Assembly: GCF_009914755.1 (NCBI RefSeq)
Contig: NC_060939.1
DNA: 64,000 bases
DNA from: the human T2T-CHM13v2.0 reference genome, Homo sapiens
Strand: one strand, 5' to 3'
The notes under the pieces were generated by a model, which made no database searches, had not been told where the DNA came from, and saw only the letters and a list, made by a program, of their open reading frames with translations. Shown here in pieces: positions 1 through 13,222 of this stretch; position 1 is the stretch's first letter, and the number at the start of each line of letters is the position of its first letter. The translations under genes and the position numbers were made by a program.

Positions 1-384
1 CTCACTATGCTACAAGTGGCATTCAACTCTTTCTCAACCAAGATTTCACAAACCTATCTCCAGCTTCCAGATGGTGAGGGAAAGTGTGATGAGACTTTAT
101 GATAAATTGTGCCTGTCTCTGAGCCCATCTCCTCCCGTTGAAGAGGAGGAAAATGAGGATAGCACATTATAACCCTGCCTGACAAAAGTCACAAGATAAG
201 CAAATAATTATTATTAAAACCAGAGAGTCCTATAATTTATTCATGAATCCCACACATTCTATATTAGATCTTCCATTTCAATTTCTTGTATTCTTTGAAG
301 CAAATTTATAAGATTTGAATTATTCAGAAAAGCTCCCAAGCTAATATAAGAAAACACTTTAACCACAGGAAGTATCATGCTACA

Positions 385-615
385 CAATATGGTGTGGTGG
401 TGAAGGGTGCAGGCTCTAAAACCAGAAAACCCAGGTTCAAGTCCTGGCCCTACCACCTTGGGAGAGTTACATGGTCTCTCTGTGCCTCCATTTCCCCATC
501 TAAAATGTGGGGATGACAATAATAGTGTCTATTTCACAGAGTTGTTTTGAGGAAAATAATATATGTAAAGCACTGTGAACAGCAGTCGGTGCTATGTAAG
601 TGTTTGCTCTAGTTA
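385..615 (+). mobile_element. MIR SINE
   Basis: MIR core-like text: ggttcaagtcctggccctacc...tctctgtgcctccatttccccatctaaaatg...gtaaagcact. Confidence 0.75.
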
Positions 616-924
616 TTTTAACATTTTGGATTATAAATATCTACCCTGTTATTCAGATGACAAGCATCCCTAAGCTGATAACATGATGAAGAGCTCTTGT
701 GTTCCTTGATTTTCCCTCAGCTTTGTGAGGAAAAGAATACCACATGAAGAAGAACAACTCAAGCAGGGGTGAGAAGGAAACTTGGCTTAAGTTTGGGGGG
801 CTTGAGTTTATTAGGCTTTTGTCTTCTAAAAATCTCCTAAGCTTCATTGATAAGATGTTTAATATCAATCTAGCTAAAAAGGACCAATATACCCCACAAA
901 ACACTGAGTTAGACATAAAAACAG

Positions 925-1285
925 AAGGGTAATAAATGAAATATGGGAAACTACACAACCAGAAAAATAAACAACTACCAGTACCCAAAACATGGCTAAA
1001 TCTCACAGGATTATGTTGAGTGAAAGAAGCCAGCCACAAACCTGCACATACTGAATGATCCCATTTATATGAAGTTCAAGAACAGGTGAAACTAATCCAT
1101 GGTGACAGAGGTCAGGATCCTGGTTAACTTTGCAGGGACAGCAACTAAGAAGGCGCAAGAGGGAGCCCTCTGTGCTGATGGGAACATTCTGTATCTTGAG
1201 CTGAGTGGCGGTCACATGAGTGTGCACATATGTAAATAGTAAGGAGTTGTAGCTTAAGGTATATGCACCTCGCTGTATGTAAGAT
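925..1285 (+). mobile_element. Old L1M 3' fragment
   Basis: Resembles L1MC/ME 3' end (atggctaaatctcacag...gaagccag...atactgaatgatcccatttatatgaagttcaagaacagg); interrupted by the following LTR. Confidence 0.6.
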
Positions 1286-1287
1286 AC

Positions 1288-1703
1288 TGTCTTAGTCCAT
1301 GTGTGCTGCTGTAACAAAATATCTGAGACTGGGTAATGTGTAAAGAACAAAAATGTATTTCTCACAGTTCTGGTGGGTGGGAAGTCCAAGATCAAAGCGC
1401 CAGCAGGTTTGTAGTCTAGTGAGGGCTGCTCTCTGCTTCCAAGATGGCACCTTGAATGCTGAGTCCTCCAGAGGTGAGAAACGCTGTGTCCCAGCATGGT
1501 GGAAAGAACAGAAAAGCAAAAGAAGAAAACTGAGCTAGGTCGCTCCCTCAAGCCCTTTCATAAGGTCGCTAATCCCATTCATGAGGGGGCTCCTCCCTCA
1601 CGATTTAGTCATCTCCTAAAGACACCACCCCTTAATACTATCACATGGGGGTTTAAGTTCCAACATGAATTTTGGAGGAGACACAAACATTCCAACCATA
1701 GCA
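1288..1703 (-). mobile_element. MaLR solo LTR (MLT1A/MST-like)
   Basis: TG...CA termini (tgtcttagtcc...ccaaccatagca) and MaLR motifs (tatttctcacagttctgg, aagtccaagatcaa). Confidence 0.75.
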
Positions 1704-2951
1704 AATATACTTTACTAAAAAGAAAAAAAAAGGAAAATCTTGTCTCTAAACATGATATTTTAAGTGTTTATATATTTACAGCCCAATTTTCTGCTTGCTT
1801 ACATAGATATTTGTGACCATGAGTGTCATTCTTAGCTGAGAAAATGTTCAGTAAATTTAAAAAAGCCTCACATTATCTATTAATATCTTACTCAGATAAG
1901 ATCAAATTTCTAACCTAGATTTTAGGTTAAGATAGAAACCCATGGTCATTTGCTGCAATGTGAGAATGACACAGAGAGATATTAATTAGCAGAATTCCAC
2001 TATAAAACTAAATTTAAGGGCACAGTTCTCTACTAATGACTCCTCCAGACAAATCAATTACTTGGATATCAATGAATCAACTAAAAATGGAAGTGAGAAC
2101 AGTTTGAGTCCTTTTTGCAATGGATGGATGTTTACGAGACTATTAAGTGAAGACGGTTCAGAAACAAGGAGATAAATGGCATGCTAATTTGGGGTTGAAT
2201 GGAGTAATGGGGTGATCTTGGAAATATAAGAATCCTGCTTAATGGGGCTTGTCTGCTTGTAATTTGATAAACTAATATATGTAAATTCAATGAGATAAAG
2301 GACATGAGCACTCAGAACAAAATTACAGGAATAAATTTAGCAAAGAGGCACCAAAGTTGAGATAAGGGTCACTGTTCCACGTCTGACATCTTTAATTCTT
2401 GAGTCATGGGGATGGTAAGCCAGAGAACAGAGTCTTCTGACTGGAAGCTAAAACCAGCCTTTGGGGTGGGTTCAGAGACACTGTTCAGACTCAAGATGCG
2501 AAAGCAGATGTTGCCCTGTTGAAAATATCCCAATTGCAAGGGCATTTTCAAAGACAGTGGTGCTTGGGGGAAAGAGAATGCTGTGTGTTTAAAAAGAAAA
2601 TAAATTAAAAGAAAGAATGGAAACAAGGAAGAAAAAGTGACCGGAGGGTAGGGTTGCAATATGTTCTGGTTTGCAAGGTACAGCTAAGGTTATGTCTGTT
2701 GTGCCGGTGCAATTATAATAGTGTCCCTTTCACTTTCCGAAGAATTTGGATGATAAAGCATATGATCACCCTACCAAAGAGAGGAAATGAGCCAGACGAC
2801 CCATGTGTCTATTTCAAACAGTGTGGACTGATCCGCAGCCCTGTGCCACTGCCCAGATGAGCGGTGTGCACAACCTCTGCCTTGCCCTACCCCGCCCTGC
2901 TCGGGTCTCCAGGAAGGCTGGAGCGGAACCCTCGGCTCCCGCGCTGCTCTG

Positions 2952-2965
2952 GTGCCACCTGCAGG
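2952..2965 (-). promoter_or_regulatory. Candidate CTCF motif in a small CpG-enriched patch
   Basis: Reverse complement CCTGCAGGTGGCAC resembles CCASYAGRKGGCRS; motif only. Confidence 0.35.
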
Positions 2966-4367
2966 TTATATGCGGGAACTGCTTCTCTCCACCCCACTAC
3001 CCTCCACCCAGCCTCCCGACCCCGACCCTGGATAGCCTTGGACTTGGCCAAAAGACATTCAGAGCACACGAAGCCCTGGCTGGGGAGTGGGCTGGACCCT
3101 GCAATGAAGCCCGCGTTACAGAATCAGACGAGCCCAGCTTAAACCAACAAGGCCAAGCTCCTCCTCTTCCTACCCACTCCTGTCCTGTCTCATTTTGTAG
3201 ACGGGAAACTGAAGCCTAATTCAGATTTTTCGTTGGTAGGATTGTGAAGCATACAGCTGGAGCCTCCCAGGTGCCATTCCCCACATCTGTCTTTCCGCTA
3301 CCACTTTAGGATAGTGAGGAAGCAAGAGAGCTTAAGCTTACTAAGCTCCTACTGTGTACTGGGCACAGAGTGGACACTTTTCTCTCCAGCCTCGCAATTG
3401 ATGGGAAAGAGGTGATTATACAACTAGGAGACAGGATCAGAGTGGGCTAGCGATGTGCTTACAGTCTCTCAGCTGAAACTGGAACCCAGGGGTCTTTGAC
3501 TGTAAAGCTAGTGCTCGTTTTGGGTCTCCAGCTTGAGCAATAGTTGCAAAATGCAAAGAGCACCTGAAAATCTAATATCAATCCATATAAGACTGTATTG
3601 TAAACAGAAACATGGAGTGTCTTTGTGGGGGTGATGGCAAGGTGGGGAGATTATCTCAATTCTATGTAACCTGGGAACTCTTGGAGGAAAATGAAGCATG
3701 ACTGAGTGCAATTTGTCTGATAAACAAAATCTGTCAGGACGTGGGACCTTATTGGTCCTGGGTAGTGAAGGTAAGAAATCATGGTGCTGGACCTTTCTTA
3801 AAGTGCTTATAAAATCACTCAGGGCCTCAGTGCCTCCACCTTCTCCATGACCCCAGGCAGTTTCCCCATCTGTCTTCATCCTACTGCCTGGCACACTATC
3901 CATCAAACTGCTTTTGGGGTTATGTCTCAATAAAACAAAAATCATGGTGGGAGTCATTTACACCCTAGTGAGAGTCATCTAAGATTCCCTTTTCTTCTCA
4001 GACCTTTTAGCTGAAGTTGGTTATGAGAGAGGATGGGGAGGGGGAAAAGGGTTGGGGCGAGCACTCTTGGAGCTTGCACTGTTTCTTGCCGGTGCCCAGG
4101 CACAATGCGAATATGTCAGTCTAAATGGAGAGCTCCATGCATGTTCCTCTCTAATCCGTTTGTCACCAATACCAGTTCCCAAGGCAGAGCCCCAGGAGGG
4201 CTGGACTGAAGGACCTGGAGGTAATAGAAAACAACTTGGCTTTGGGTTTCAGGTCAAGCTGTGCCATGACTTGCTGTGTAACATCAGACAAGTCAGTTCA
4301 CCACTCTGCACTTCAGTGACCTCATCTGTAAAAGGCTGGTCTGGACTAGATTAATGATTTTCTTTAG

Positions 4368-4699
<332 letters not shown>

Positions 4700-4744
4700 T
4701 GCAATTGTTTTTTGTTTTAACATTATATTCAATTCTTCCTCCAT

Positions 4745-5660
4745 CTTTATTAAAGTATAATTGATAAATAAAAATTGTGTATGTTTACAGTGTTCAATGT
4801 GATGTTTTGATATGTGCATACATTATGAAATGATTAAATCAAGTTAACATTTTCATCACCTCACATACTTTTATTATTATTTTTGTGGTAAGAATATTTA
4901 AGATCTATTTGCTTAGAGTAGTGTTTACTAGAGGTGAGGAAGGGTAAGGGAGAGGGGGTAGCCAAAGGTTGGCTAACAGGTTAAGAGATACAAGAGTACA
5001 TGGCTGGTGGCTAACGCCTATAATCCTACCCCTTTAGGAGGCTGAGGTGGGAGGATCACTTGAAACCAGGAATTTGAGACCAGCCTGGGCAACATAGGGG
5101 GATCCCATCACTATAAAAAATTTAGAAATTAGCCAGGCATGTTGGTGCATGCCTGCGGACCCAGCTACTCTGGAAGCTGAGGTGGGAGGATCACTTGGGC
5201 CCAAGAGGTCAAGGCTGCAGTGAGCTGTGATTGCACCACTTCACTCCAGCCTAGGGGGCAGAGTGAGACCCTGTCTGAAAAAGCAAAAGACAAACAAACA
5301 AACAAACAAAAAACCCCAGCTAGATAGGAGGAATAGTTCTAGTGTTTTTTTGCACTATAGGGTGATGATAATTGATGACAATTTATTATATATTTTCGAA
5401 TAGCTAGAAGAGTGCATTTTGAATACTCCCAGAACAAAGAAAGGATAAATGTTTGAGGTGGTGGAGATGCTAATCGCCCTGATTTAATTATTACATATTG
5501 TATACATGTATAAAAATATTATACTGTACCCCACAAATACGTACAATTATTGTGTCAATTAATAATAATAAAAGCAAAAAATCTTCTTTTAGCAATTTTC
5601 AAGTATATATTATTATTAACTATAGTCATTCTGTACAACAGATCTCCAGAACTTATAACA
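4745..5660. mobile_element. Nested L1MA 3' fragments in opposite orientations
   Basis: Minus-strand L1MA end (about 4745-4915 and 5580-5660) interrupted by a plus-strand L1MA end (about 4915-5580), itself interrupted by an Alu. Confidence 0.6.
5001..5313 (+). mobile_element. AluJ
   Basis: Diverged Alu dimer with ggaggatcacttg in both arms and a (CAAA)n tail. Confidence 0.85.
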
Positions 5661-5713
5661 TTATATTTAATTTCAATCAAAGTGCTAGATACACAGAGTT
5701 AAGAACAAAATGG

Positions 5714-6068
<355 letters not shown>

Positions 6069-6166
6069 TCAGTACAAAAAAAAAAGGAAGAAGAAAAAAG
6101 AACAAAATGGTAATAATAGGCTTATATCAAAAAGCATTTCCTATGCCCTTTCTTTTCTTGCCTTTG

Positions 6167-6593
6167 TGTTGGGAGAAAGGCTGAGTGCTGGGAGAGAAGC
6201 CGAGGTGGGCTTGGAACATGTCCGGGGTCCGGGGTCCGGGGTCTAAAACCTCTCATGGCCTTTGGAATGTGTCTAGACTTGCTGGCTCCTTGCTTCTAGC
6301 ACTCCCATTATCTCAAGTAGCCATATGTTTCAAAGAAAATGCTACACCATCACAGCTGTAGCTTATATGCTTGATATGTCACTTCCTTTCAACCCCCACA
6401 TCCTCACCACCTGCTTCTTTTTTTGATCACCAATAAATAGTGTGGGCTCCCAGAGCTCAGGGCCTTCACAGCCTCTATACTAGTGTTGGCCCCCTGGTCC
6501 CACTTTCTCTCTCAACTTGTCTTTCCTCATTCCTTTGACTCCACTGGACTTTGTAGCCCCCACGGCCTGGTGTTGAGTCTGATCACCCCAACA
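6167..6593 (+). mobile_element. ERV solo LTR, probably ERVK class (LTR14C-like)
   Basis: tgttggg...ccccaaca inverted termini, perfect 6-bp TSD cctttg (6161-6166, 6594-6599), internal AATAAA 6432-6437; family name from memory. Confidence 0.75.
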
Positions 6594-6599
6594 CCTTTG

Positions 6600-7640
6600 T
6601 ATCCTAATTCCCAGAGGCCATCACTTTAAATTCATTTTGCTACTTCCTCTGGTATTTGCATCATATTTCTAAAGAATGTTTACGTTGCTATTTCTTGATT
6701 TGTTTTCTTCAGTATCTGTCTACTTCCTGGAATAGCACAGTATAGGGCTTACCTCCCTTATGAGGTCTTAACAGTTTCCTTGCCTCCATTCTACCAATTT
6801 CACTGGATCAAAATCTTGTGAAATCAAAAGCATTTACATTCTTGTAGATATCTAAATTTTGTTTCCTAAGCCAAGTCCTGCACTGAAATTGTTTCATTTC
6901 TTCCTTTTTTTCCCCCTGGAGTTAATAATTGCTTCAAATTTTTTCCCTTCGTTTGCTTATATGTTTTTGTACCTATTAACTACCTTTCTTTCAGTTACTC
7001 CAACTGATCTATGAAATGCCTGGTAATAATTATCTAAAACTAAGATACACGAGCTACTCTATCAGCCCTGTTATTTTCCTGGAGGCTTCCCTCTCTCCCT
7101 TGCCCTCCATCCTTATGCTCCAAACTGGACTCAGCTCTCAGCCTGTGGCATGGCTGGCATTCTGACATGTCTCTGCACCATTGTGTGAATTTCCTGCTGC
7201 CTCTTCTGTGTGCATCTCCTGTTCCCTTGCCCCAGATCTTCTTTTTCCCTGGTTCACTGTCTCATTATGTTGCAGTACATCTTCCAGTGGCTTCCTGAAA
7301 AGCAGTGAATGGAAGCCAAGCTTTCTTACCTTCACATATTTTAGAATGTCATTGTTCTACCCCAACTCCTGATTAACAGTTTGGCTGGATATAATGCTCT
7401 AATTTGAAAGTAACTTCTCACATTGGGAAATACTGCTCTATTATTTTCTAGTTCCCAGTGTTGTTGGTAAGAAGTCAGTATCATGCAGAATCTTGGCTCT
7501 TTACATGTGACCTGTCTTTTCTCTCTGGAAGATATTAGGATTTTCTATCTTTGGATTTCTCAATGATGTGCCTTGTTGTAGGTCTTTCCTCATTCACTTT
7601 GCTAGTCACTTGGTAGACTCTTCTGAATTAGAAAATTTTG
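6600..7640 (-). mobile_element. Degraded ancient L1 (L1ME-like) fragments
   Basis: T-rich degenerate L1 antisense text (ttggctggatataatgctctaatttgaaagtaac; ctctggaagatattaggattttct). Confidence 0.45.
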
Positions 7641-8061
7641 TGCTTCTATTGCGGGAAGCCACGAGCAGGTTTGAGTGAGCTGGGTAATCACATTCTTTTC
7701 TTCCAAGGACAGAGGTATCAAGGCCCTGGGAACCTTATAAGTGGATGGGGAGAAAGGGGGCCTGAGGTGAATCCAACAAAGCTGCAGCATCCTCTGAGCT
7801 CATGTCCCAAGGCTAGGCTCTGCCTGAGGACAGGAGACATGGGTGAGACCCACTTCCTGCCCAGTCTCATAGTGGGGCTCAGGACACACATGGTCCAGGA
7901 GGTTCCCAGCCCCAGCTACATTTACATGCACCTACCTGCATGCAGCAATCAGTGAGCCACAGGACAACTTAGGGGAAGGGGCAGCTCCAGAGAGCAGGAT
8001 AGGAGGGAGGTAAATGATTATGGGTGGGGAGTGGCCTTGTGAGGAAGGGGCAAAGTCAGGG

Positions 8062-8065
<4 letters not shown>

Positions 8066-8102
<37 letters not shown>

Positions 8103-8112
8103 GTGTTGTGTA
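8066..8112. repeat. (TG)n microsatellite
   Basis: About 18 perfect TG units then degenerate. Confidence 0.95.
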
Positions 8113-8194
8113 TTGGGGGAAATGGGGAGAATATTTTGTCTGCCCCCTTTTCTGGCCACTGCACCCCTTTTTTCATGAATAGTTTTTCTTCCCA

Positions 8195-8589
8195 TCATGG
8201 ACTGAGTGTCTCTGTCTCCTCCAAATTCATATGTTGAAGCCCTAACCCTCTGCATGGCTGTATTTGCAGATGAGGCCTCTCAGGAAGTCATTAAGTTTGA
8301 ATGAGGTCCTAAGGGTGGGGCCCTGATTCAGTAGGATTAGTGTCCTTATAAGACAAGACACCAGAGGGTGCACTCACTCTCTCTCTGCACAAATACAAAG
8401 AAGAGGTCACATGAGTGCACAATATGGCAGCCACCTACAGGCCAAGAGAAGAGGCCTCAGAATGAAACCTACCTTGCTGGCACTTTGGTCTTGGATTTCC
8501 CAGCCTCCAGAACCGTGACAAATAAATGTTTGCAGTTTAAGCCACCCATCTGTGGTATTTTGGCATGGCACCCTGAACTGACTAATACA
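8195..8589 (+). mobile_element. MaLR solo LTR (MLT1A/B-like)
   Basis: ccaaattcatatgttgaagccctaacc...cagcctccagaaccgtgacaaataaatg...gactaataca. Confidence 0.8.
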
Positions 8590-8640
8590 TCTCCCGGCCC
8601 TACTTCAACCACATGACACTAGAGGGCTTGGCAGTTTTAG

Positions 8641-8995
<355 letters not shown>

Positions 8996-9600
8996 TATTT
9001 AAGCTGATTCTTTAAGGGTGAGTAGAAATTTTTTCCAGGTGAATAAAACCTTGAGATATTCCAAGCAGAGACCAGCAGGTGCAAAGACACAGGGATATAC
9101 AGATGTTGAAATTTACCAACCACTGCTAGATTAGAAAAAACAAAAAGGAAACAATCAAAATAAAAATTTAAAATTAAAAATCACCTAAAAAAAAAACTAG
9201 GAATGGGCTTGGCCAGAGGTCACATTGCAATTGAGTTAACTATGACCATAGACACTCAGTAATGGATGGAAGTTTTAGGGAAAAACATAACATTCTCAGG
9301 TTGTTGCAGAGTATCTAGAACAATTTAGAAATACAGGCATTGAATTCTGGGAATAGTTACACTGTAGTGAAATCATGTCCTTCTCTGCATATGAAGCATA
9401 TATGTGTCACACTGTTCAAAGTGCTGAAAATCAGACTCTTCTCAAGGAGCTCATGAGCAATCAAGGGAGATGGATGGGGGAGCAACTGATTATCATGTGA
9501 CAAGTGAGGTAATAGAGATATGACTAAGATGCTATCAAAACAAGAATAAAGGAATTATTCATAATATATGGAGTGCTGGGGAAAGATTTCTCAAATGAAG

Positions 9601-9741
9601 CCAGCTGGGCGTGATGTCTCACACTTGTAATACCCACACTTTGAGGGGTGGAAGTGGGAGGATCCAGGAGGATCTAGGAGTTCAAGACCAGCCTGGTCGA
9701 CAGAGCAAGGCCCTGCCTGACTCTATATTTGAAAAAAAAAA
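9601..9741 (+). mobile_element. Alu monomer (FLAM-like)
   Basis: Diverged left-arm Alu followed by an A-run. Confidence 0.7.
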
Positions 9742-11814
9742 ATTTTTTTTAAATAAAGTGATATTTGAGCACTCTGGAGCACCATACAAATATAGGACAG
9801 ACAAGGAATGTATCCAGCTTAATTTGGGTTAACATTTTTTTGAAATTTTATATTGCAAAAATAGTACATATTCACTGTTGTGAAATTAGGAAAAATTGAT
9901 AGGCAAGGAGGGAGGTCTACAAAGCTCTCCATAGATCCACTGTACTGAGACAATGCTTAATGCTTTGATGGATTTATTGTATACTTTCTATGCATATGCA
10001 TGTAATGTATACATACATGTGCATGGTTAAATAGACATGGTTCTCCTTGGTGTTCTGTTTATCCATGTATTGTTATGAAGTAAATCCCCAAAAAGTACAT
10101 TTGCTTTGCCCAAGGGAGTCTTTTGCTACATACTGCTGTACATAAGGAAAACTAAAAAACTGGCTAACTTTTCAGCCTTGTGACCTTGTGGTGATTCAGA
10201 TAGAGGCTTCATCAAAGGCAGATTCAGAAATGAACTTGGTGTGTGTGGGTGGTTATGCTTGGCATTATTGTTTGTAGTAGTATGATAGGGATGACTTCAG
10301 TGTCCACCAACAGGGAACTGGTTAAGTCAACTGTGGTACATCCAAACGATGAATACTGTGCGGTTGTAAAGAAGAATGACAAAGACCTCTGAACTCATGT
10401 GGAAGAACTTGGATATATTGTGTGTGTTTTTTAAAGGAACAAGGAATGCTATAGTATGTATGGTATGCTACTTTTTGTGTTGAGAGAGAAGAGTAGAATA
10501 AGAACATACATTTGTATTTGCAAAGATAAATTCTGAAATGATATATAAGAAACCAATTAAAAGTGTTGGCTGTGGAAGGAGAATAAGACTGTGAATGGGA
10601 TTTTGCCACATACTTTTATAGATAGTTATATTTAAATTTTTTCTGAACTATGTATTTGTACACATGACCCTTTTAAAAATAAGCAAATGAACGAATGAAG
10701 TAGGATTATGCGAAAGAAATAAGAAAAAAGGATCTAAGGGGCTGCCCAACTTTTTAGTACCCAGTGAATATTAATATATAACAATAGCAGCAAAAATTGG
10801 AAGAGTAGCCCCAGGAGGGTAGGGAGTCAGCCATTCCTTTGTCTTTTCCTAAATTTCATATATTTTTAAAAAGTACTCTGAGAACAATAAAATAATTTGA
10901 AACAAATATGTCTCCAGATCTCTTAAAATAAAAGGAGGATAGGGCAGCTTTATGTAGTGCACTTCCCAAAAATTGACTGATTTACCTCAAGAGGCAGGGA
11001 TTCTAGCATACATGGGATACATACAGGAGAAAAAAATAAGAAAAAGAAAAGAGATTTACATATAAATAAATGAAAATAACACTTCTCCCTGATTATAAAG
11101 GAAATCGCATTCTTTTTGTAATAATTTGGATGACTGATATTAAGAAAAATCTTTAATTTGCCACTCAAAACATTCTGGTTTGTTGCTTTTTATACTTTTT
11201 TTATGCATATAAACCTTTTAAAAACTAGAATCGTAATATATAGTCTTCTGTCACTTACTATATTTTGGGCATATTTCTGTGGCAGTAAATATATCCTGGC
11301 ATCATTTTTAATAGCTGGATGTATATTAAGTTAATCATTGCTATTCCAGAGGTGAATTTTCTTATATATACATTTTAATGGTCTCAAGCAAGCATTTTTG
11401 GACTAAATTCATAGAAGTAGAATTTCTGGAGGAAAATAATTTTTAGGGTTTTTAATAGAAATTTTCAAATTATTCTCCAGGAAAAGTGACTCAGGTTATA
11501 CTCCCACCAACAAGGACAGAGCTCTAGGTTCCCCTTTCCATTTGTCATCTTTGCTGCCTTTATACAGAAAATCTCATTGTTTTCATCACATTTCTTTGGT
11601 TTCTAGTGCTTTTGAATTTTTTTATACGCCTATTGGTCATTTTTATTCTTGTGAGAAGTGCCTGTTTCTCCATTGCCCATTTTCTGTTGAAAATCATTTG
11701 TTTTTTTCTCAGTAATTTTAAAGATTTCTTTAAAGACTAAGGATACAAACCTTTTATCTGTCACTGAGGTTACAAAAACTTTCTCCCAGTAAGTAGTTTG
11801 TCATTTCACTTGAT

Positions 11815-11896
11815 TTCCTTTCTCGCTTTCTTTTTTCTTTTCTTTTTTTCCTTTCCTTTCCTTTCCTTTCCTTTGCTTTCCTTTCCTTTCCTTTTG
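11815..11896. repeat. (CTTTC)n polypyrimidine tract
   Basis: Near-pure pyrimidine run with pentamer periodicity. Confidence 0.9.
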
Positions 11897-12004
11897 CTAG
11901 CCAAGCTCCAAAGTCACATTTCACTTAATTTTCATCCTGCCAAATTTGAAAACATTTTAACTTAGTGATTTTAGTGTAAACAGGAGCAGGAGAGAGTGTA
12001 TTTA

Positions 12005-12280
12005 AGTCTTGTTCTGTCACCCAGGCTGGAGTATAGTGCCATAATCATAGCTACTGCAGGCTTAAACTCCTGGGCTCAAGCAATTTTCCCACCTCAGCAT
12101 GCCAAATAGCTAGGACTATAAGTGTGTACCACCATGCCCAGCTAATTTTTAAATTTTTTTTGTGGAGATGTGAATTCGCTATGCTGACCAGCCTGGTCTT
12201 GAACTCCTGACTTCAAGTAATCCTCCCACCTTGGCTTGCCAAAGTGCTGGGATTACAGGTGTGAACTACTGCTCCCGGCT
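12005..12280 (-). mobile_element. AluJ
   Basis: Diverged Alu dimer (ctcctgggctcaagcaatt). Confidence 0.85.
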
Positions 12281-13004
12281 GAGAGTTTAGTTTTGTTTGC
12301 TAGTGGCGATCTTGGTATCTTTTCATATTTGAGGCTTTGTTGCTAGTGCTGAAGTATTACACTCACCATCCAAGGTTTAAAGGACTTTTGTTTTAATATT
12401 GAACAGATGGAACTGTTTAGTTCTGCATCTTTGCATGTATACAAAATGTGCCTAGCAGGACTCTGCTTTATATCCTTTGAAAGCAAGAAGTAATACAGTA
12501 AAACTTTGCCTGGCTAGAGGCTTTGAAAGAATGGAGTATTCTGATTTAATTCTATTAATTTGGAAGTATGAAAGTCAAAATAATTCAAAACTTATATTTC
12601 CTGTTGAATGCAATTTGAAAATAGAGTCAATGATTCCACTTTTCTTCTCTAGTAAGTTTGGACGTTCTGATCTACTTGGTGTTTTATTACAGAACTGCTA
12701 GTGTGCCTGAGACTTACATTGTGAAGATACTTTTTTAAAACTTGAGAGGTAAGAGGGTGTAAATGGTATTGTATGAGATCAGGCTGGATGAGAACTGACT
12801 CTTGTAAATATACTTTTTAGACTGAATTTCTGGTTGCCATCTGTTTTCTTATTTAACTCATAAAAATAAAACACATTGGATGGAGGGTGGGAGTAGGAAG
12901 GAGATTTATGTCTTTTAATTGCATGTCATTGTTTCATATCAAGACAGAACATATGGTATCCCTGGCTTTGGACCTACAGAAGGAAACACATTTTTCTACC
13001 TGCT

Positions 13005-13180
13005 GTATGCCAGAGGTTCTTGAACACCTGGAGGGATGACCACAGCACAGATTGCTGAGCCCTACTCCAGAGTTTCTTGATTCACCAGGTCCAGGGTGGG
13101 GCCTGAGAATTTGCACTTATAAAAAGTTCTCAGGTTCTGCTGGTGCTGCTAGTCCAGAGACTACATTTTTGAGAACCACT
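13005..13180. mobile_element. MER5A-like DNA transposon remnant
   Basis: tggggcctgagaatttgcac...ctacatttttgagaaccact. Confidence 0.7.
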
Positions 13181-13222
13181 CTTGTCTACTAACTGTGAAT
13201 TGTAGAACTCTAGAAAAAAGCT

